A stretch of 64,000 nucleotides of DNA from Octopus bimaculoides. Its lineage: Eukaryota. Below are positions 36,600 to 50,465 of the stretch, one piece after another. Every line of letters begins with the position of its first letter. Position 1 is the first letter of the stretch. The position numbers and the translations under genes were made by a program. Where the stretch lies: contig NC_068995.1 in assembly GCF_001194135.2 (NCBI RefSeq), forward strand, positions 31,087,224-31,151,223. Direction: 5' to 3'. The notes below the pieces were generated by a model. That model saw nothing but the letters and a program-made list of their open reading frames with translations, was not told the DNA's origin and did no database searches.

Positions 36600-37347
36600 T
36601 GCAAGCATATTATGCTCATAAATTACAGGTAAAGACAGGGATAAACATGAGTTTATCAAGAATCAAAATTCAAAGAAAACAGGAAATGGAGAAATATTAA
36701 TGAACAACAATTGACTTACATCAATTATTATTTATTAATTCAATACAAATAAGACTGCATCCCATCTAACAGCTGTTTCTGCTTCCAATTGTATGGTATT
36801 GCCATTGATATGCTAAAAATATTTATATTCGGTAATGAAACCCATCTGAAACATGGAGTTTCATCAGAGTGAGGAATAGATAAAAAAAAAAAAAAGACCC
36901 TAGAGAAGAAAAAGGAAAAGTTGAATATGGTTCTAATCATACCATTTTGCTTGTGTATTTCATTGGGACATTAACATTCCAAAAAGACACACAAGCAAAA
37001 TGGTATGATTACAACCATATTCAACTTTTTCTTTTTCTTCTCTAGGCTCTTTTTTTTTAATCTATTCTTCACTCTGATGAAACTCCAGGTTTCAGATGGG
37101 TTTCATTACCGAATATGATAAATATCTTTAGCATTTCAATGGCAATACCATACAACAATTCGAAGCAGAAACAGCTGTTAGATGGGATGCAGTCTTATTT
37201 GTATTGAATTAATAAATAATAATTGATGTAAGTCAATTGTTGTTCATTAATATTTCTCCATTTCCTGTTTTCTTTGAATTTTGATTCTTGATAAACTCAT
37301 GTTTATCCCTGTCTTTACCTGTAATTTATGAGCATAATATGCTTGCA
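36600..37347. repeat. ~750 bp near-perfect palindrome (foldback element)
   Basis: Arms of ~357 bp (36600-36956 and 36989-37347) around a ~32 nt spacer; few mismatches by eye. Confidence 0.9.
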
Positions 37348-37382
37348 TTAGTATTTCTCCATTTGCTGTTTTCTTTATGTAT

Positions 37383-37415
<33 letters not shown>

Positions 37416-40400
37416 CACACACACACATTGTGTATGTGTTGTGTGAATGTGTTTCTGTTTCCATGTATAGATATCATGTAAATGAGTGTCACTGTCATAC
37501 AAGCAGTGTCATTCATTTTCAATATTCTGAGAAAACATGGAAACAGGTGAGGGATGGCAACAAGTAGGCATCCAGTCATAAAAAAAAATCTACCTCAATA
37601 AACTATCCAACCCATGCAAGCATAGAAAAGTGGATGTTAAAATGATAATAATATACATGCACCCACACATACAAACACACACATTTACTTATCATTACAT
37701 TATCTATATCATCTGTGTATGCGTGTATGTGCATACACACACACATACATACGAACATGCACACATATAGATTATATATAAATATATCATTATCATTTTT
37801 TTTTAGCATGGTGGAGGTTGGTGTGTATTACACACACACACACACACACACAGATAAAGAGACAGAGACAGACAGACAAATATTTAGAATCCCGAGTTGT
37901 AATTTAGCTCCAGGTCAGCCTGACTGAGCAGACCTGTGATCAAAGGCATTACAAAATCATGACCCTCCTGCATGAAAGCATCTTGAACAATAGGGGGTTC
38001 CTAAATTATATTTAAAATTTATTGTAGGATTTTCGAGCGAGATCGTTGCCAGTGCCCCTGGACTGGCTCTTGTGTGGGTGGCACATAAAATACACCATTT
38101 TGAACGTGGCCGTTGCCAGTACCGCCTGACTGGCCTTCGTGCGGGTGACACGTAAAAGCACCCGCTACACTCTCTGATTGGTTGGCGTTAGGAAGGGCAT
38201 CCAGCTGTAGGAACTCTGCCAAATTAGATTGGAGCCTGGTGTTGCCATCCGGTTTCACCAGTCCTCAGTCAAATCGTCCAACCCATGCTAGCATGGAAAG
38301 CGGATGTTAAACGATGATGATGATGATAATGATTAAAGCTGAAATCCATCAGTCAACTTCTTTGCAATGAATGGAGGAGACCACATTAAAGTGTTCTGAT
38401 GTTTCTGATAAAACTTTACTTGCCTATTTTTTTTTTCCAATAAACCGTGCTGAGTTACCCTTATTTTTCAATGCTTTTTTTTCTGAATTTTTCAAATTGC
38501 AAAGGTAATTTATGGTCACCTTGTTCATTATTTAATGTGCCCCTCTTATTGTCTTTAAGACAGTAAGATGTTATTTAAGGGAAATTTGGATGTTATTTCT
38601 AGCAAGTTCAGTGACTATCTAGAGGCTGTCTCATGTTATTAAAATATTTGCAGTGGTCAATATTTTGTGGTGTTGGTGGGGACAAGTGGCTATTTCAATG
38701 ATAAAGAAATTTAGCATTCTGTTCATAATAAAAGTTTTATAAACAACAGCTTTTTCAAATTTCCCATAAATGTTAAAAAATACAACTTTTCTCTTCAGAT
38801 GTATGAGGGGGCCCATATACAGTTGCTCATTTTGCTGGAAATAGAAGCCAAATCTTAAAAAGAAAGAAAGCAGTTATAACGTAATGTAGTCTCAAACAGT
38901 TTCAGAAGGACAGGATGGTCACTGCAGGAATATCATTGATTTTTACCTGACTTGATCTTCTTTGCATCACAACCCACTTCCATAAATAAGCATAAACACA
39001 AATAATGTAGTCCTCGGTAAAAGGTGGGATGGATACAGGTGTAAACACCTTATAGATCTATTCAAAGAACATAGTGAGGAAGGACACATTTGAATGATGT
39101 AGTCCTAAGTACACAATGTCAAAATAAAAGATCCAATCATTACAGCTAGAAACACCTTTCATATAACAAATTCATTTAGTCAGAAGTGACCTGGGAAACA
39201 ACAACACGTTCTTCTGAATTTTCCATTATTATTATTTGGAATGGATGGGTATGAGGGTACTTTGAAAATACCTCATGGAATGAATGATGACTGAGCCTAG
39301 CATGGTTAAGGGCTGTCCTTTGGCAAGGCATAGCACCTGTTCAGCCACCCTGCCAGGGATACAGCAAAGTCATAGGACTGCAGCATGGTGGATTGTGAAG
39401 AGTCAGCGGAAGAGTTCAAGTCATCCAACAGTAATTCTTACATTGACACTGAGCAGAGGAATCTTTGAAAATCAATGGTCAGGATCACCAATCTCTATCA
39501 AGAGAGTAACTGCAACACATCCACAGGGGTGCTGTCCATGGTTGTGTAATCAGCGAATGAAAGATTCACTATGACCGAAGCTCCCAATTCAGATTCATAA
39601 TAATGGAATTGGATGGCGACAGAGAGTCATGGGAATCTGTGAAAGCACAAAAAAACAAACAGGCCACTGCAATGAGGATTGTGTGGAATAGTGTAAGGAG
39701 TACTATAAAAGTTTTTGACAAAGAGTATGATTCACATTTGGTAACATTTCCAAGAGTTTTGCTTCAATTTAATTTTCAATTTATTTATTTGTTGGTTTAA
39801 TCAGAAAGTAAGGGACAAGCCCGTGACCTTTACAAACCCTTCAAGATTGGTGACAGCGTTACTATTAGTATTCTTATGATGGTTGTAGGAAAAAAAAAAC
39901 ATGTTAGAGAGAAGGATTTCCAGTGGGGGGCATTTTGGGAAGGACTAGACATAGTGGTTAACGAGTGGATGTGGTACATGATCAGTAAGCTTTGAGGAGC
40001 AAAGACCACTGTAGTAGAAGAGGCAGAGAGAGAGAGAGGACACAGCACATCTGTGGATCAGAGACTGGAGTGTGTTGGTATATGACTTCATGTTAATCAA
40101 GTGAAGAGTTTCTCTTTAATGCAGTCTACAATGTGAGTTTGTGTAGCTATAGCATTGTTTCAAATGTAGAAACAACTCTGCATGGATAACCTCACCTGGG
40201 TTTTGTAATGAGTCAGTAGTGAGTGGCAGGAAACTATTCTCAGTCTCTGAAGACGATCATTAGTACTTGTGATGTAGTGTTTATTATGCCTCTCTCAGTT
40301 GTGCTGCATGCACAGATTACCATGATTCTCTGTTGCTACCCCACCCACTATTCCTGAGGGGGGTCGTGGGGACAGAATCCTCAGGCTTGAGTTGTGGTGA

Positions 40401-42595
40401 ATCTTTCATTAGCTGATTACACAACCATGGACACCACCCTTATAGATGTTCTTCATAGAGCTTGGTGATCTTCACCATTGATCTAGGATTCCTCCACTCA
40501 GCTTCAATGTAAGAAGCACCGTTGGCTCAGTTGAGCTCTTCTGTTACTTCTTTCCAATCTACCATGCTGCCGTTCTATGACTTTGCTGTATCCCTGGCAC
40601 AGTGGCTGAACAGGTGCCAAAGAACAACCCATAACTATGCAGGACACGGTCATCACTCCATGAGGTATTTTCAAGATACCTGCACATCCAACATATGTAG
40701 TAACCTTGAAAGTTCCAGTTGGGCACTGTTCATGTTTAGAAGTGCAGGTGTGATATAGAAAGCTTGCTTGATATATGCACTGATTGTGTCTTTGTGTTCT
40801 TGAAGGAGACAAAAATCAGCATGACCCATGAGAAAGTCTTCTAAAGATTCTGATCAAGGAGTTAATACAGATTAGGTGTGAGGTGACTAAGTTGTTTGTG
40901 GATGATGCTTGGGTACAGAAAGTGAGGACAAATAAAGAGAAATAATTGTCTGCATAGAAATAGATACTATTGAAAGTGATGTATAGGAAGAACAGTGTGG
41001 GAGAGAAAGTTGAACATTTGACACTATTTTGGTTTTTTAAAAACAACTATGGGAGAGCCTTTATCATTATCATCATTTAATGTCGGTTTTCCATGCCAGC
41101 ATGGGTTGGATGGTTTGACATGCAGCTGACTAGCCAGAGAGCTGTCCAGGCTTCAATTATCTTGTTTTTACAAGGTTTCTACAGCTAGATGCCCTTCTTA
41201 ACACCAGCCACTTTATAGAGTGAGATGAGTGTTTCTAATGTGCTACCAGCATGGGTGCTGTTATGTGACACCAGCATGTAAATATATAACACAGTGAGCT
41301 GATTAACTGAGATTATCTATGCAACTGGTAGACAAAAATTCAATCTAGGAGTGATTGAAATCTAAAAACAAGCAAAAAAAAAAAGAAAGAAAAGAGAATA
41401 GCTGTAAAATAATCAGCCAATCAAATTGGAGAGGAGGTTACTTTTAAAGCCACCTGGTGACAGACATATTTCAGTCCTATTAGACCTTATAAGCCAAATA
41501 AAACAATTTGCCACTCAGGATAAAATTATTCCTATTATAATAGTAAAACAAATGAAAAATAAAAACAAATTAATGATTTCTAATATAGGCAGATAATGAG
41601 GAGAAAGAAGAAGAGGCAGTTAATTGAATTGACTCCAATAAATATAAAAGTAAAAAAAGACACCTATTTTAGTTTGACTCAGGATGTAAAAAGAACATAA
41701 TTACATTACCACAAGGTATTTTGTCTGCTATTCTACAGATTCTTCCAGTTAACAGTATACACCATTACTGCTGCTGCTGTTGCAACTGCTGCTGCTACTA
41801 CTATCACCACCACTACCAATACTATTAATGATTTCAAATTTTGGCATGAGGTCAGCAAGTTCAAGGGAAAAGGGGGCTAAGTCAATTACATTGATGCCCC
41901 CCCCTTCCTCAGTGCTCAACTGATACTTATTTTATCAACCCAGAAAGAATGATAGGCAAAATCGACCTTGGTGGAATTTGAACACAGAATATAAAAATGG
42001 GCAGATGCTGCTAAGCATTTTGCCTGGATTGCTAACAATTCGGTCAGTTTACCATCTTAATAATAATTTTCACTTTCACATAACTTGACTTCGTTAAGCA
42101 AAAAATCTGGTGTGTTTATTTTAATGGCCTATCAATGTGTACAGCGAGTTTCTTTGCCCTAGGTGTTGGGAAGACACTCAGGAAGAAATGGAAACAAACA
42201 AAAAAATAATAGATTTACACATTGAATTAAAGAAGAACAGAACAAATATTTTAGAGTTAATTAAATTGGTTAAATATAAAATCCCTCCATGAAAAAATGA
42301 AGAAAAGTCAGACTAATTTTTAAAAACTGAATGTCAAAAATTTGATGATAGAGGTAATGAAATAAGATGATGGGTATAAAAAAAATATTTGGTAGCCAAT
42401 ACCCAAGTCTGAACTGCAGTAGTTGGTACCCAGTCGTATACTACAGCTTCAACATTTTGGAAGTGAACATAGGAGCTTAGGCAGAAAAATCAGAAAACTA
42501 CATTTGTCTCACATTTAATTAATGTCATAAGTTTTTGTGGCAACATATTGATGTTGTGGAAGTAAAGGCAAGGCTTCCATTTTTGTCTTTAGTTC

Positions 42596-42627
<32 letters not shown>

Positions 42628-43029
42628 NNNNNNNNNNNNNNNNNNNNNNNNNNNNNNNNNNNNNNNNNNNNNNNNNNNNNNNNNNNNNNNNNNNNNNNNN
42701 NNNNNNNNNNNNNNNNNNNNNNNNNNNNNNNNNNNNNNNNNNNNNNNNNNNNNNNNNNNNNNNNNNNNNNNNNNNNNNNNNNNNNNNNNTGTGACTTTGC
42801 AGATTTGGCTCACTTCCTTTTTGCTCAATCTTGCAGGAAATGAAGAATCAAGAGATTCTTTTTCTCTTCAAATTTTTCTTTCTCCCTTGGCTATATTTTG
42901 TGCTATACTTTAATTTCATTCTTTTTTTTTTTTTTGTTACTTTCTACTCCTTTTTAAACCTTTTCCTGGCTGTAATTAGCCATACGTTTATACTTTATTA
43001 TTTCCTTATATAGAAGGAAAAGTTTACTT

Positions 43030-43560
43030 TGATTTGGTTCATGATGATGATGATGATAATGTATTACGCTAGTCCGTCTACCTTTGATTGCTTCTATTTA
43101 CCTAGACCCACTGCGGTTCCTTTGAAATAGTTTTCTATTTGTACCAGACCCGTCTTCCATTCAAATTTAGTATAATCTTACTCATATCAACTTCAGTGAT
43201 TCCAAAACACAGTGATTAGTTTCCTGGCTTTTATTTCTAACTTCTTGAGTTGACTTCCAATTTATTTTACAGAAGCTGTGCATGTAACTGTCTATTGACT
43301 GGTGTATTTATACCTATAATCTTATTTCTGGCATTCAATTTTGTATTTAATATTAGTCTAGACTGTTCTGTAGTACCTTCTCTCAATGTTCTCCTTCAAT
43401 TCTAGGTTTTATCCTTTTTATCTATTCCTAACTACTTAAATGGCTGCGTCTCTTCAAATTTTCTTCCAATTCACAGCCAGAATCTAATTTGTTATTTTAA
43501 GTTTTAATTTACCTTTTCTCAAAGTAGCTCTAGCAGATTTTCTTTAATCACATATTTCAC
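43030..43560 (-). mobile_element. Decayed R4/Dong-like non-LTR retrotransposon fragment
   Basis: EETQPFK*LGI, RLILNTKLNARNKIIGINT and GLVQIENYFK..VGL resemble R4/Dong RT-thumb motifs. Confidence 0.65.
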
Positions 43561-44069
43561 TATCACAGCTGAATCCATGCAGTTTTTAATAGGTTCTTTA
43601 GTTGGGTGTTGTCTCTTGTAGATAGTTGTAAATCTTGCCTGCAAAGGATAATATAGTCCAAAGTTACATCAAAGTGCAAAACGCTCAAAACAGAAAAATG
43701 TCTTTTGGAATACGTGGGAATAAAAATTGTAGAAATAACTGATGCTTCTTGTATGATAAACAAACAAAAAGACCCTAATAAAGAACAAAAAAAAAAACAG
43801 CACAAAATATAACGGTCAAGATTTTTGATATGATAATAATAATCCTTTCAACTATAGGCACAAAGTCTGAAATTTGGGGGCAGGGTTTAGTCACATTACA
43901 TCAACCCCAGTGTTCAACTGGTACTTATTTCATCAACCCCCAAAAGATAAAAGGCAAAGTCAACTTCAGTAGAATTTGAACTTGGGACATAAAGATTGAA
44001 GAAATGCTGCTAAGCATTTTGTCCAGCTGGCTAACAATTCTGCCAGTTCACCACCTTTATAATAATATT

Positions 44070-44420
44070 AACAAGATCACTCAGAGTGAAAACTTCTGCC
44101 AAGGCAACACTGACATCCTCTCAACGATTAACCAGAGATGATTTTTAAAATGAGATTATCTGAAATAAACTCGACTGCTCTCACAAACGAGAATACTGAA
44201 AATGAACCCAACCGCTCACAAAAATTAAGTCAAAAAACAGGAAAAATAATCCAGAATCCTTGTCCAGTACCAGATCAATCCTAAAATCTAATCAGTTTGT
44301 GCCAGTTACAAGGCCAAACATCCCTGAAAGTTTCATCCAAATCCATCCAGCATTTCTTGGAGATATCTTGTCCATGGACAACAAACACGACTGGAAACGA
44401 TACCACTGCCTTTGCTAATA
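44070..44420 (+). mobile_element. HINE/Helentron-like non-autonomous element
   Basis: Head acaagatcactcagagtgaaaacttctgccaagg resembles the head at 52447; body with aatccagaatcc..aaagtttcatcc..acaaacac typical of these families (from memory). Confidence 0.5.
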
Positions 44421-45693
44421 ATGGTTTCAAACTTTGGCACAGGGCCAGCAATGTTGAGGGGGTGGGGTAAGTTGATTACACTGACCCCAGTATTCAACAG
44501 ATATTTATTTTATTAACCCCCAAAGGATGAAAGGCAGAGTTGACCTTAGCAGAATTTGAATTCAGAATGTAAAGGTGGACAAAATGTTGCAAAGCATTTG
44601 GCTTCATGTGGAAATGATTCTGTCAGCTCACCACAATGATAATAACCCTAACCCTTTCTACTGGAAGCACAAGGCCTCAAATTTGTGGGGAGGGACTAGT
44701 CAATTACATCGATCCAGTGTTTCACTGGTACGCAATTTATAGACCCTGAAGGGATAAAAGGCAAAGTTGACCTAGGCGGAATTTGAACTCAGAACATAGC
44801 GATGGGTGAAATACTGCTAAGCATTTTGTCCAGTGTGCAAATGATTCTGTCAGCTTACCGCCTTAATAATAGTGATAATGATTTCAAATTTCAAACAAGG
44901 TCAGTAATTTTGGGGGTGGAAGTAAGTTGACTTCATTGAGCCAGAGTTCAGCTGGTAATTATTTTATTGACCCCCAAAAGGATGACAGGCAAAGTCAACC
45001 TTAGCAGAATTTGAATACAGAGATCTAGATGGATGAAATGCTGCTAAGCATTTCACCTGGCATGTGAACAGTTCTGCTAGCTCACCGCCTTAAAAAAAAG
45101 GCAAAAAGTAATAATAAGGTAGAAGGCCAACAATTTTGTGGGGAGTGGGGTTAATTGATTGCATTGACTTCAACAAAAGAGAATGACAAGAAAAAAACTA
45201 GGAAAATATAAAAAAATAAACTAAATAAAATCTAGTAACTGCTATGAGTAAGACAGTGACACACTGTAAACCTCTTTTGTCAGGATCAAACTGAAACTTT
45301 TTTATCAATTCAAGTGACACAAGAGTTTATTATTCAATGTCTCTCCTGCTCAGCCACCACCACCACCACCACTGCTTAATACAACCTCATACACACCCTG
45401 TTACCTTGATTTATATCTAGTTTTTTATTGTAGTGACTGTTGTGGGTTTTTTAAAAAATCTATTTTCACCATTATCAAGACACTCACCTCTTCATTTGTT
45501 CATATTCTATCAGTATTGATTAATGGAGGTGGAGTGGTGATTGTTTACGTTTTATTTTGTGTTGGCTGTGTGGAAAGAAGGTCACTTCCCAACCCCATGG
45601 CTCCAGATTCAGTCCCACTGTGTGACACCTTGGGCCAACCAAAGCCTTGTGAGTAGATTTGGTAGAAGGAAACTGAAAGAAGCCCGTTGTATA

Positions 45694-46620
45694 TAAGGTG
45701 GTATCAAAAAGTTCCCAGACTAGTTATATTTAATAAAATATAACTTATTTACCTAAGTTTTAATATGATCCCCTTTGAAATAGTCACCTTGTGCAATAAT
45801 ACACCAGTTCCAGTGTTCCTGCCACTTTTGGAATCCAGCCTGGAAGTTGTTTTCCATAAGCAAGCCAAGGACCTTCTGCAATTTGCTCTGGATCTTGACA
45901 ACAGTATTAAAACAATGACCTTTGAGATGCCTTTTCATCTTGGGGAAGAGATGGAAGTCAGCAAATCTGGCAAATAGGGCAGGTATGGAAGTGATACCAT
46001 GTTATTTTTGGTGAGAAACTCGTGAGCGAGAAGAGGTTGATGAAAGGGTGTATTGTTGTTGTGAAGAATCCAATTCTCCAAGCTCTACAGATCCAGTCAC
46101 TTTCGCCAAATGTCCTCCCTCAAACACTTTAAAACATTGCAGCAGGACTGATGGTCAGTCCCTGGGGGACGTATTCTCAATGCACAATACCATGAATGTC
46201 GAAAAAAACAATGAACATGCTCTTGACTGAGCTGCAGCTCTGTCGTGCTTTCTTCGGTCATGGAGATGAAGGGCTCTTCCATTGTGATGACTGCTGCTTT
46301 GTCTCAGGGTCATATGCACAGACCCAATTCTTGTCACTAGTGATGATCCTCGACATGAAAGATGGGTCGTCAATGGCATGCTGACGGAGATCTAGACAGA
46401 CCTTGACATGATGTTCGCAGACATGCCAGATGTTCGAGACAGACATGAGGATTGTTAGCAAGGACCCATACAACAGACCAACAACATCAGCAAGGTTGTT
46501 GTTTGTCCTCCAACAATTCTCATGCACAAGCTGACGAATTTTCTCCACTTTTTCGGGGGGTGATGCTCATGGTAGGTTTTCCAGACTGTTCATTATTTTC
46601 CAGGGATGTTCTTTTACTTT
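45694..46620 (-). mobile_element. Decayed mariner element (third family)
   Basis: RIITSDKNWVCAYDPETKQQSSQWKSPSSP and FQKWQEHWNWCIIAQGDYFKGD; terminus aaggtggtatcaaaaagttcc. Confidence 0.85.
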
Positions 46621-46629
46621 GATCCATGA

Positions 46630-48030
46630 AAATTTGATCCACAGAAACTATATGGAAGCCCAAGGAAATTTCAGGTGTGGAAGTAAGGTCTGGAATCAAA
46701 AGGCCTTATAGCTAATTTAGCTATGTAGAAAAGGTTTTGGTAGAAACACCAGTGTACCCAGTGCAAGCTAATAGACACATGAGGTGCAGCAGCATCATGG
46801 GAAGGTTTACAGAGAAAGTAGTCTTTGTGTGTGGCAGATGTATGGATACAATAAACACTAAGAATATACAGAGAACAAACTTACTCGAATGTCTGGTGGA
46901 ATCCTTATAAGTAGTAGATAGCTTATGTTACCTAAGCAATCAAGTTAGCAGTGGAGGAAGAAGTTCTGAAAGCATAGCTGCTAGAATAAGAACAGGCTGG
47001 AAAAAGTTTAGACAGCTATTACCTTTGTTGGTAACAAATGGCCTCTTACTCAGAGTTGTATGACAGAGTGTAAATGATTTAAAAGTAAAATTGAGTATGA
47101 GGGGCATCACATGTAATGTGCAAGAGAGAGAACTGTGCTGGTATGGTCATGTGATGCATGTGGATGAGGACAGCTGTATAAAGAAGTGCTGATCTATTAT
47201 TGTGGAGGGAACTTGTGGAAAGGGTTGACTCAGGAAGTTGTAGGACGAAGTAGTGAGAAAGGATCTTCAAATGTTGAGTCGCATAGACAAGGAACTGAGA
47301 TACCTGGCAATTTGCTGTGCTTGAGAAGACACCTCAAGCTAAGTAAAATTGTGGCCATCCATACATATAGGCATATTCTTTATGACCATGACACACACAC
47401 AATTCTTTTTACAATCAAAAATCCCCCACAACCCATCTTCCCCACACCACTACCACCCCACTGCAGGCCCCCCTCCTTTCTCCCACATGTGCCTATCAGC
47501 ACTTTCTATGCCCTCACATACCTACTCCCTCCCAGCCACTTCAATTCTTCTCAACATCACTTGCTATCTCTGCTATCTAAACATCTCCCCTTACACTCTT
47601 ATGGAACATCCCCCTCTATACTACTTATAATACTCCCATTGTTCCCTATCAGAAGGCCCTCTCTTTCTCTAACTCTCCCCCACTTTCCTCTCCTCCCTTG
47701 TCCTACCAAGGCAGCCACATATCTTCTCAATAGTAAGAGGGCTACCCCTGTCTCTGTATCATACTCTAATCTCTCAGTTGAGAGGTCCTTGTCTTGCAAG
47801 CTTGCAGGTGCTGGTCCCCCCCCCCAAAAAAAATCTCGAGCTGGTGTCACATAAAAAGCATCCATTCTGGTGACATGTTAAGAGACACTCATGATGGTTC
47901 CACATATAAAGCACTTGTGCTGGTGCCATTTACAAAACTCCCAGTACACTCTGTAAAATGGTTGGCATTAGGAAGAACATCCAGCTATTGAAACCATGCC
48001 AAAACAGACAGCTGGAACCTGTTGTGGCTC
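46630..48030 (+). mobile_element. Decayed RTE LINE 3' portion with C-rich UTR and tail
   Basis: Homologous to 7440-8790 (aaatttcaggtgtggaag..ctagaataagaacaggctgg..tggtatggtcatgtg); the 222 aa ORF is low-complexity UTR. Confidence 0.8.
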
Positions 48031-48455
48031 CCCAGCTCCTGTCATCCATATGTCCCTGTTTCATTTATACCATTTAACCATCCATGCAGTTTGTATATAT
48101 ACTGAAAGTTAATGATTTGATGAACAGAGATAAAATAATTCTCAAAAATGAGGGCAGTGCTTGCAATGACTGAAACTAGTAAAAGAACAATGTGTGTGTG
48201 TGTGAGAGAGAGAAACAGAGAGAGAAGAATGTGTGTGTGTGTATTTTACTTCCAATCTTCCTCTCCTAGAAATAAACATACTTCCATAACACACACAGAG
48301 CTAATAATATATGAAATCTCTAGCAATAATCAGTAGATGGCTTGGCACAATCAATATAAGATGGGATTAATGCCTAATGGATTTAACTATGGTCTTTCAT
48401 TTTTCTAGAGTTGCTAAAACATTTAACAGTTGGGAACTAGAGTATATATATATAT

Positions 48456-48530
<75 letters not shown>

Positions 48531-48532
<2 letters not shown>

Positions 48533-49370
48533 GGGTGCAATGGGTAAATTGTCGCCATTTTATATTTTTAATTTTGCGCATGTACATTGTTTCTTTTTGA
48601 TTTTGTTAACTACACAGTATAGAAGGGTCAGTTGAGCAGCGTCTGTGAGGAAAACAGAACCATGACACAATTCACTCTGCCAGAAATTTGGAAATGACAT
48701 GCTGTAATGCTTGGCATTTGTACCGGAAGCTCCAATATGAAGAGATGGTGAACACACAGAACAACTGCTGCCTTGCTGAGTCCCCAAAACATGTACCAAG
48801 AGTGATAAAAATCAAACATTCAGTCAATATCATAGTGTCTGGAGTGATCACTAGTGATGGTGACGTTATGCCTCCATTCATCTTCCCATACAGCCTCACA
48901 CTCAACATGGAAGCCTACATCAAGTGCCTGGATGAGGTAGTGCTGCTCTGGGTCAAGGAGTGGCTGCTGGAAGACCCTATGTCTGACAACAGGACTCTGC
49001 ACCATGCCACACAAGTAAGAGAACATCGGATCACCTAACTCCCCAGACAGCAATCCCCTTGATTATTATGTGTGGAGTGCAGTTGAACAAGAGACCAAAA
49101 AAACTCCTTGTAATACCGAAGATGAACTGAAGGCAAGGATTATGGCAGCATTCACCAACTTAAACAAGGAGATCGTCCAGAAGAATTGCAGGAGATTCCG
49201 AAGTCATCTGGAGGCCATGGCTGAAGCCAATGGTAATTTTATTGAATAAATTTATTCTTTAGTATTTCAAGATATCTTTATGTAATTTTGGTAAATATAT
49301 GTTAAAATGAGATGTCAGTGTTATTTTCATTTTTACATAATTTAGACAACAGTTTATTCACCACACTCTG
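48531..49370 (+). mobile_element. Internally deleted maT-like Tc1/mariner element
   Basis: TA|cagggtg terminus; VITSDGDVMPPFIFP, SPDSNPLDYYVWSAVE and FRSHLEAMAEANG motifs. Confidence 0.8.
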
Positions 49371-49657
49371 TGTGTGTGTGTGTGTGTGTGTGCATGCTAC
49401 TGCTAAAACTCTGTGATTGCTTGCATGTGCGTGTGCTTGTCTGTAATTTGATGCAGTCACACCGGCACATGATGGGAAAATACTCTGAAAGTAAGGCAAC
49501 CTTGAAATGTAAATACAAACAGAAGAAAACAAGTTTTGCATAAACCGGACCACAGGTTCCCCGAGATATGCAGTATTTTTGGGTACCTTCATAAATAGCC
49601 AAAACAGCACATAGTGGGAAAATACTCTGAAAGTAACATAACCCTGAAATGGGAATA

Positions 49658-50140
49658 CAGTAATCCCTCGACTATCACGGATGTTAAAATTCCAAAACCC
49701 CCTACGATGGGTGAAAATCTGCGAAATAAAAACAATACTGTACTGCATATTTCTTTTTATTATTTTTGCAATTTATATATATTTATTTTATTATAAATGC
49801 AAAGCAACACCACACACTTGCCTCCCAAGTTTCGTTTTCCATACAGTATGTGCGAGTCTTTGTTTACTCATCTACGGCACACTATGTGTTTTAATTAATG
49901 TGTTATACAGTGTAGTACTGTACAGTGTTTCTATTTACTGATTTATTAATTCTTAGGTGTGAAAATGCTTATTTTACCACAGAAATAATTAAAATCTAAA
50001 AAAAATATAAATACCTATTGGCCACAGAAACCTGTGCTATACTGAAGGATCTGCAATATAAATATACATATATTAGCCAGAAAAATCTGTGATGTACTGA
50101 GGGTGTGATAGGTGAACCGTGACATGGCGAGTGATTACTG
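49658..50140. mobile_element. pogo/Tigger-type MITE
   Basis: TA|cagtaatccctcgactatcacgg ... ccgtgacatggcgagtgattactg TIRs. Confidence 0.8.
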
Positions 50141-50434
50141 TGTATAATACTATGAAAACTGTTTCTATTAATTTTATGTTTATATTATATAACAATTCCT
50201 TTTCCATTTTTGTAGTAGTGTGCACATATACCATAAATATTCTATTAGATACTGCAAATAATTGATAAAACCTTAAACATGAACTTGTAAACCAGACCTA
50301 TGATGATATGAACAAATTGAAATATTTAATTGAATCGTTATAAAGTTAACTTTCATTTCAATGCAATGTTGAAATCAACTTCAATGTTTAATAACCTGAA
50401 CCATCAGTGACCCAATGGGTCATGAGTAGTCTAG

Positions 50435-50465
<31 letters not shown>

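Noticed and set aside
47186-47854. 222 aa Pro/Leu/His-rich ORF
   Set aside because: Lies in the C-rich RTE 3' UTR where stops are compositionally rare.
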